The translations under genes and the position numbers were made by a program. Shown piece after piece: positions 57,901-64,000 of a DNA stretch of 64,000 bases. Every line of letters starts with the position of its first letter. Within the stretch, counting starts at the first letter, position 1. Under the pieces are notes generated by a model. That model was not told the origin of the DNA. It did no database searches and saw only the letters and a program-made list of their open reading frames with translations. The DNA is from Gracilinanus agilis (taxonomy: Eukaryota), in the NCBI RefSeq assembly GCF_016433145.1, contig NC_058133.1, positions 166,635,844 through 166,699,843 of the forward strand, in the 5' to 3' direction.

Positions 57901-60900
57901 GCCCAGAGGTAGACATGAGGAAGAGCTTTCTATACCTGAAGTGAATGTAGTAAAAATGCTTAGAGTATAAGGCGCAAGGAATAGCAAAAAGGCCAGTCTC
58001 ACTGGATCAAAGAATACTTGGAGGGATAAGAAAGTGCTAGGAAAAGTTGGGGAACTCAGTTACAAAAGGCTTTGGATACCCAACAGGATTTTATATTTGA
58101 TCCTGGGGTGATGAGGAGCCACTAGAATTTGAGTAGCAGGGTGGCACTGCCATACTTGTGCTGTAGGAAGATTACTTTGATGACTGAGTGGAGGAGCATG
58201 GGCTGTTGTGTTGAGCCTTGAGGTAGGCAAACTCACCAGCAGAGTATTGCAGTATTCCAGGGGTGAGGTGATGAGGGCCTGTACCCTAGAGTGGTGGCAT
58301 CATTAGAGGAGAGAAGATTGCAGATTATATACTAACAAAGGAAAGTCAATAATAGCCTTTGGCCACAGATTAGTTATGGAGAGGAAGGGCAGTGAGAAAG
58401 TAAAGGTGACATCTAGCTTTCAAACTTGGGAGACTGGCAGAAAGCTAGTATCCTCAGCAATAATAAGGAATTTTGGAAGGAGGGGAGGATAATATGATAA
58501 TTTAGTTTTAGAGATGTTGAACTTCAGATGTCCACAAGACATCCAGTTGTATATGCTTAATAAACAGTTTAGAGGTCAACAGAGAGGTTAGGTCTGGATA
58601 AGTTGATTTGAGAATCATTAGTATAGAGATGATAATTGAATCCTTGGGAATTTATGAGATCTTTTTATGAGAATTTATGAGAAAGTTAAACTGTATATAG
58701 AGCAGTGATGGCAAACCTATTAGAGACAGAGTGCCAGTCCCCTCCCCCCAGAGACAGTGCCACCACCACCACCCCCCTTTACTTCAGACAGGGGGAGGGA
58801 AGAAGCCTCCCATTGGACTGCTGGGCAGAGGGTGGGTGATGTGAAAAAATATCATCAGGCATGATGGAGATAGGGAAAGGAGCAGTTCCACCCAAGTGCC
58901 TCTACTTTTCTAGTAATGAACTCTAGGTGGTGGGAAGTGGGGGTGGTACACATGCCCAGAGAGAGTGCTCTTTGGCACCTGTGCCATAGGTTCACCATCA
59001 CTGGTATAGAAGAAGAAGAAGAGAAGAGGGTCCCAGGACAGAATCCTGAGGGATGTCTATGCTTAGAAGGTGTGATTTTTAAAAATTCAATAAACATTTT
59101 ACAAAGTGCCTACTAAGTGCTAGGACCCCTGCTAAACTCTGAAGATACAAAAAAGATACAAAAGATAGTCCCTGCCCTCAAAGAGCTTATACTCTAATGG
59201 GGGAGGCAGCATTCCAATGAATATAGACAAAGGATTCAGGATAAATATACAGATTTATACAGGATAAATAAAATAATTTTTTAAAAGGAGGGAAACAATG
59301 GAATTCAGAGAGGTTAAGGAAAGCTTCCTGTGGAAGGTTGGGGTTGGAGTTAGGACTTAAAGGAAGCTGGGGAAAGGTCAGTAGTCAGCAGGGGAGGGAG
59401 AACATTCCAGGCAAGGTAGATCACCAGATAAAATTCTCAAGGGGAATTGTCTTATTTGTGGAACAGCCAGGAGGCCAGTGTCACTAGATTAAAGAGTATG
59501 TGTCAGTATAAAGAAAGCTGGAGAAGATAGGAGGCTAGGTGGTGAAGGGCCCAACAGAGCACTTTGGAATTGCTTCTGGAGGTGATAGGTAGTCACTGAA
59601 GTTTATTGAATTGGAGGGTGGTAAAATTTGACCTGTGTTTTAAGAAAATCCATTTAGTAATTTATTAGAGAACCCAGGACAAACCTTAAGGAACGTCTAC
59701 AGTTAGAAGGCATGATCTGGAAGATGATCTAGCAAGGAAGACCAAGAAGGAGTGGTTTGATAGGTAGGGGGATAAGCAAAAAAAAAAGTGACATCCTGAA
59801 AATTTAGTGAAGGAGAGTATCATCTAATAAAAGGTAATTAATAGTGTCAGTGGCTGTAGTAGTCAAGGAGGATGCAGATTGAGAAAAGAACACTGGATTA
59901 GGCAAGTAAGAGATTGTTGGTAACTTTGAAAAGAGCACCTTCAGTAGAATGATAAGGCCAAAAGCAAAACTGCAATAAAGTTAAGAAGTGTGTAAGGAAA
60001 AAAGGAGGTACCTCTTGTAGAGATGAGATTAATGGGGCTAGAAGTATCAAGTGAATGTTTTTTGAAGATGGGGGAGATATGGGCATGTTTTTAGGTGTCA
60101 GGAAAGCAACAAGTAGACAGATTGAAGGCACATGAGAGAATGTGAATGACAGTGAAGACATCTGTTGAAGGAAAATGGATAGAATGAGATCACCAGTATG
60201 TTAAGAAGTTGGCCTTAGGATCAACCCTTCATGCTAGATAGGGATGAAGAACGATAATAGTAGAAGGCATCTGAGTGATGTGAGATGAAAAGAACGGAAG
60301 AAATAGGAGCTCTCTGTAAATGATTTCAATTTTTTCAGTAAAATATTAGGCAAAATTCTCAGCTAAGAAAGGGTAGAGGGAAAGGAGGGAGCACCACAGG
60401 AAGTCTGAGGAGAGGTGAAGAGTTTTTGGAAGACCTAATATATTGAATGGGTTAGTGACAATTTGGAAAGTATAGAAGGAATGCCTAGTGGCAGTGAGGG
60501 CCCAGTTGAGATTGTATAATAAAGATGTGCAGTGTTCCCAGCCAAAAATGCATGGTTTTCTCCACTTTCATTCAACAGCATGTTAGGTTAAGGTAGTGGA
60601 TGGTGGGAGTGATCCAAGGCTGAGGCTTGACAGGGTGAAACTTGAGAGGTGGTAAGACAATGTAGACTTGAAGTGATTTGCTATGGGGTCAAGATGGGGA
60701 GAAGAGAATACAGCTAATAAAGGGGAGATGACTTTGGAGGAACTAAGGAAGTAAAGGATTGGGAGTCATGGTGTGGATGAAGAACCAGTTCTGATATTGG
60801 AAGGAACTTCTCATATAGTCCTTCCTACAGAAGCCTTTTCTGATCCTCCTGAAATTAGTTATCCATATTCTATATTTTATTTAATTGTGTGGACTGTCTA

Positions 60901-63568
60901 GCCACCCCTCTCAGTGTCAGCTCTGAGAAGGCAGGGGCAGGGACTGTTGTGGTTTTGTTGTCATGTTCCCAGTCTTCAGCACTGTGCTTTGCATGTAAAG
61001 GCACTTAACAAATGTTTGTAGAATCAAGTAGCTGACCTTTCTTGATATGATACTTACTGGTTAGGTTCCTATCACCAAAACCTTCCAGTTGACCATTATT
61101 TTATGGTCCTGCTATCCATAGATTTTCCTAAGCCCTTAAATTTTTTCCCCACTCATCATCCTTCCCCTTAGTGGATTTAATTATATCCTTTCAGTACTTC
61201 CTGCCTCCTCCTCCTACAATTTTCATCCTTGAATCATGGGAGATCAGAATTTGGGTCTTCAGTTCCCTCCCTCTCCAGATAAAGACACAGAATAAATCAG
61301 ATCCTGCCTCATAAAAGAATAGCTACTGAGAACGTCTTTCTGTAATCTAGCAGTTGATGTAACCACATGCCACCTTTTTTTTGGGGGGGGGGGGTAGACT
61401 TTAAAATGTACCCTCTCTCAAAATCTTATCTTCTTCCCTGTAGTATATGTAATAAGTAGGCTACTGAGAGAGGCATGTCTGAAGTCTCTGCCATTTACTA
61501 GTAAGTCTACAGGGGACATTTAGTCAGATTTTTATTGAGTTCCTACTATATTTAAAGTATTGTGCTAGGCAAATTCATTCAGTTTCCTCATTTGTGAAAT
61601 AGTATTAGCTCCTCCTTACCAAGGTAGTTGTAAGATAAAATGAGATACTTCTAAAGCACTTTATAAACATTAAGAGACTGTATAAATGCTCACTGTTATT
61701 TTTCCCATTTTTGGTGAATTAGTGATTGATGGCTTAGACTTGCTAAAGAAGGAACATCCAGGAGCCAGGGATGGGATCCGATACCTGGAAGCAGAGTTTA
61801 AAAAGGGAAACAGGTGAGAGATGGTGCAGGTGTGGGTGGGACTTGGATGGGGCACGGCTAATGGTTGAAGGAGCAGTCCAGTTAACTGTTCTGTCCACCC
61901 TTCCATCACCTGTGCTTCATTTTTTTGGTCTCTAGATATGGGTTGGACTAGATGACTTTTGAAGTCCCTACCAATTTGAATACTTGTCCAGAAGAAGTGA
62001 CTTTAAAGTGGGAGAGGGCTAGATAGAGGGTTACTAATTCCATTAGGTTCCCTTTGATGAGGGTAGGGGAAGAATGGAAGCTAGAGGAAGACTCTTCCCT
62101 CAGAGCTGGCTGGGTCACTCACACTGTGATCTAGGAGGTAATTTAACATCCCCACCCCCTTCTTACTCCTCATCAGGAATGTGCTATGTTATGGGCTGGA
62201 ATCACAGGTACCCAGGAGCTGAGCAGTCAGTCTCTCAAAGCCTTTAGCACTGTCACCACTTAGAGCATGCACCCTGTAATAGGCACTGCCCCCAACAGAG
62301 ATCAGGACTGTGTGACTGCCCTCAGTCTGAGGTGGGGAGGGCCTGGTAGGGGGTTGGCACAGAGGAAAGAAAAAGAATTCCCCCTTCTCCCCCCCCCCTC
62401 CTTCTTGCTCAAGGAACAGCCAGCTGAGCTGGCTCTCTCCTCCCTACTCCACCCCACCCTGTCAGGAAACAGCACAAAGCCGACTTGTTTAGGCCTTGTC
62501 TTCAGAAGCTTTGACTTCAAAAGCATCTATTGCTTTTCTCCTCCTGGCTCTGTGAGTCCCCAGCGCCTCCCCAGGGAGGAACCAAAGCTGTGATGTTATC
62601 AAGAGGAAAAGTGAGCTGGGCTCAGCTCTGCAGGAAAGCAGCCTCAGGTGGCTCTCAGACAGACTCACGATCTGAGCACAGGGCTCCTTCCTCCTCCCCC
62701 ACCGAAAACTGATTCCCCCAGATTCATAATGACCCCTTTTGTTCTGTTATAAACCCCCCCTCCCTGACAATGTACCCAGTTTCTAGAACCAAATATCTCT
62801 CTCCTATTCCTTCTTTACAGGTACATTCGCTGCCAGAAAGAGTTGGGGAAGAGCTTTGAGCGGCATAAACTGAAGAGGCAGGATGTAGACGCCTGGTAAA
62901 GTTATAGTCTTGGCACCCCTAGGGCTGAAATGGGAGGAAGGATGTTCTCAGAGTTGCCAGCTACCTATCCCTTTTGGGATTGTGGCATAGAGCTTCGAGA
63001 GCTAGAAAATAATTTTTTGAGGTATTAGCCAGGAAAGAAAACAATTCATTCCTCCCTCTGCCTCTGGTGAATGGCTCCTAATCTGGGTCCTAAAATTGCT
63101 TCCTATTTTTTTAATATGTTACCAGAACTCTCTCAGACCCCCCCACCCCCATTCCAGATTTCATACCTCTAGTAGTTGATAGGTAAGTTCTTCTGTATGA
63201 CTTCCATCCCTTTTTTTGAACTGTCAACTTTGTTGCTCTAAGGAGAAACTCAGGTGTTGTTATCTTCCCTTTTCCCCCAAAAAAATCTGTTTGGGATTCA
63301 GTTGTCAGGATTCCATCTCAGCCCATCTCCTTCAAGCTCTCCTTGCACCTGTTTTTCCTTCCTCTCTTAATTATATTGTTTTTTAGAGAGAAGCCTATTC
63401 CATTGGCTGATAGATTGTCTCCATCCCAGGACCCTCTATAAGATCCTGGACAGTTGTAAACAACTGACTCTGGCCCAGGGAATTGGAGAGGATGACCCTA
63501 GTGGCATGGTGACCATCGTCACTGGTCTTCAGATGGATAATCCCAGTGCTTTCTCTAGCTCCATGCAG
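33883..63568 (+). CDS. SMG5: Nonsense-mediated decay factor SMG5 (14-3-3-like/EST1 domain and C-terminal PIN); exons 1-21, last exon beyond window
   Basis: MSQGPPAAESSEPEAKVLHTKRLYR...AEELLWRKVYY...GMPFNQLG...YLVPDTQAL...VIIPRTVIDGLDLLKK. 21 exons total 2967 nt (989 codons), all GT-AG, frame continuous, no stop reached in the window. Confidence 0.99.
35646..35784. other. Assembly gap (139 N)
   Basis: Run of n. Confidence 1.
36000..37170 (-). mobile_element. Decayed LINE-2 with a nested SINE (about 36188-36350)
   Basis: L2-like blocks (tttgaaatgtcc...tggagctcaagagagagat..gggc.ggatatgtagat.tgagag); approximate. Confidence 0.6.
37789..37887 (+). CDS. SMG5: SMG5 exon 2
   Basis: gcag|G GCA GTG...AAC AA|gtaag; AVVEAVHRLDLILCNK. 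Confidence 0.96.
38459..38582 (+). CDS. SMG5: SMG5 exon 3
   Basis: ttag|G CTT CGT...AAA AAG|gtaag; LRELCVKLMFLHPVDYGRKAEELLWRK. Confidence 0.96.
38976..39132 (+). CDS. SMG5: SMG5 exon 4
   Basis: ccag|CAC ATC...ATA G|gtcag; HIHSRSTLECAYRTHL. Confidence 0.96.
40846..40935 (+). CDS. SMG5: SMG5 exon 5
   Basis: ttag|GT TGC AAG...TTG T|gtaag; CKKPVSASGKEMDWAQMACHRCLVYLGDL. Confidence 0.96.
41897..41986 (+). CDS. SMG5: SMG5 exon 6
   Basis: ctag|CC CGA TAT...ATA G|gtaag; RYQNELAG...APQI. Confidence 0.96.
42789..42867 (+). CDS. SMG5: SMG5 exon 7
   Basis: ccag|GT ATG CCC...AGG TG|gtgag; MPFNQLGTLAGSKYYNVEAMYCYLR. Confidence 0.96.
43443..43568 (+). CDS. SMG5: SMG5 exon 8
   Basis: tcag|C ATC CAG...AAG CG|gtgag. 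Confidence 0.96.
43660..43728 (+). CDS. SMG5: SMG5 exon 9
   Basis: tcag|G TGT AAG...AGC AG|gtatg. Confidence 0.96.
44181..44389 (+). CDS. SMG5: SMG5 exon 10
   Basis: ctag|C ACC CTG...GCA G|gtaac; LEDFNLCLFYLPSSP. Confidence 0.96.
45055..45192 (+). CDS. SMG5: SMG5 exon 11
   Basis: tcag|GA TCA AAG...ACA G|gtgtg; SKQYSAAIAFTLA. Confidence 0.96.
45491..46090 (+). CDS. SMG5: SMG5 exon 12 (acidic/Ser-rich linker, 600 nt)
   Basis: acag|AT GAG CCT...CCA G|gtatt; KFSRLSCLRRRRH...FQTKRCFRLAPTFSN. Confidence 0.96.
46898..47073 (+). CDS. SMG5: SMG5 exon 13
   Basis: atag|CA TCT GAT...GCA CAG|gtctg; EGLLPAVKVFLDWLRTN. Confidence 0.96.
48860..49040 (+). mobile_element. SINE1_Mdo-type SINE
   Basis: A/B boxes and gaccctgggcaagtcacttaac core. 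Confidence 0.8.
49100..51900 (+). mobile_element. Long L3/CR1 ORF2 fossil, interrupted by a SINE (49836-50035) and a MIR
   Basis: Ordered CR1-like blocks: cttggatctgatt; cctgtgagcttac; ggcttcatccagaacaagtcatg; gcagatgacacaaagttg (ADDTKL RT motif); atttagcctgaagaaaaga; approximate. Confidence 0.7.
52369..52487. mobile_element. Short hAT MITE, 119 bp, with perfect 8-bp TSD
   Basis: TIRs cagtgatgggcaaa / tttgcccatccctg (13/14); TSD cactagac at 52361-52368 and 52488-52495. Confidence 0.95.
52733..52808 (+). CDS. SMG5: SMG5 exon 14
   Basis: atag|AGC TCC CAG...CCA G|gtgag; SSQSLWNRLSVLLNLLP. Confidence 0.96.
53496..53671 (+). CDS. SMG5: SMG5 exon 15
   Basis: ccag|GC CTG GTC...GAG GAG|gtgag; LLLPEDTALRNLPPLRAAH. 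Confidence 0.96.
55076..55234 (+). CDS. SMG5: SMG5 exon 16
   Basis: ccag|TCT GTC...AGG ATG|gtaag; SVVRICCIRSFGHF. Confidence 0.96.
55474..55688 (+). mobile_element. Solo LTR in SMG5 intron 16, sense orientation
   Basis: TG...CA ends with a possible tttt TSD; TATAAA 55540; ATTAAA 55645; shared blocks with the 19337-19578 element. Confidence 0.7.
56739..56798 (+). CDS. SMG5: SMG5 exon 17
   Basis: acag|GCC CAG...CTA CAG|gtggg; AQEEARRNRLMRDMAQLRLQ. Confidence 0.96.
57065..57224 (+). CDS. SMG5: SMG5 exon 18 (PIN start)
   Basis: ccag|CTT GAG...ACA G|gtaag; YLVPDTQALC...IVIIPRT. Confidence 0.96.
57640..60800 (-). mobile_element. Large decayed LINE-2 array (at least two copies) with a nested hAT MITE
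   Basis: Reverse complement of 59895-59953 matches the L2 RT block at 200-250; second L2 3' tail at about 59085; approximate. Confidence 0.7.
58703..59003. mobile_element. hAT MITE, 301 bp
   Basis: TIRs cagtgatggcaaacctat / ataggttcaccatcactg (16/18); flanks atatagag / gtatagaa (6/8 TSD). Confidence 0.92.
61723..61813 (+). CDS. SMG5: SMG5 exon 19
   Basis: ttag|TG ATT GAT...AAC AG|gtgag; IDGLDLLKKEHPGARDGIRYLEAEFKKGN. Confidence 0.96.
62821..62895 (+). CDS. SMG5: SMG5 exon 20
   Basis: acag|G TAC ATT...GCC TG|gtaaa. Confidence 0.96.
63430..63568 (+). CDS. SMG5: SMG5 exon 21
   Basis: ccag|G ACC CTC...ATG CAG|gtaag; TLYKILDSCKQL. Confidence 0.96.
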
Positions 63569-64000
63569 GTAAGCAGGTTAACAGTTATCAGCTTGAAGCT
63601 GAACCCCTCTTCAATAAGAGTTCCCCAAGTTCAGCTTGCCCTCCTCTCATTCTTCTAGGAAGATGACTTCTCCAATCCAAGTCAGGTCCTTTAGTAGATA
63701 ATGACACAGTGAGAGAATTGAGACAAATAGAATTTAGAGCTAGAAAAAGGAAGTCCCAGAGAGGTGAGTGACTGTCCACAGTTAATGAGTGGCGGAGTCA
63801 GTATCTAGACACATCTGATTCCAAAGCCCATTCTCCAGAACCAGCTGGTGGTGCCATGGCGCACAGAGTGTGGGCCTGTTCTGTCTGGTCATGTGACTCT
63901 GGGCAAGTCACTTCCCCTCTTGTAAGCTATAGAATAGGAATATTAAATGCACCTACCATCCGGGTTACTGTGAGGATCAAATGAGATCATCTTTGTAAAG

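Noticed and set aside
2352-63568. U12-type or non-canonical introns
   Set aside because: Every junction checked is GT-AG and none has the GTATCCTT U12 donor
1-64000. CRISPR arrays, rRNA, tRNA genes or prokaryote-type systems
   Set aside because: None seen. The tRNA-like A/B boxes belong to SINE heads, and no regularly spaced repeat-spacer array is present.

Overview
Vertebrate genomic DNA, almost certainly a didelphid marsupial (Monodelphis-like, inferred from abundant SINE1_Mdo/MAR1-type SINEs, MIR, L2, L3/CR1 and strong CpG depletion outside islands). It carries the conserved CCT3-GLMP-TMEM79-SMG5 block. CCT3 (+) has 14 coding exons and 545 aa. GLMP/C1orf85 (+) has 6 exons and 405 aa. TMEM79 (-) has 3 coding exons and 379 aa. 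SMG5 (+) has coding exons 1-21 in the window (989 codons); its last exon lies beyond the window. I walked every exon by hand: all junctions are GT-AG and the frames close. There are three CpG-island promoters, one 139-nt assembly gap, four hAT MITEs and at least two related solo LTRs. I found no unambiguous new biological system. The best leads are regulatory: a strong-Kozak uORF in the leader of the NMD factor SMG5, paired TCTCGCGAGA elements at the SMG5/TMEM79 head-to-head promoter, a sense LTR with ZNF143+ETS+TATA just upstream of the SMG5 PIN-domain exons, and signs of a spliced divergent transcript from the CCT3 promoter. Gene identity and comparisons to human rest on my recall of the human proteins, not on a database search.
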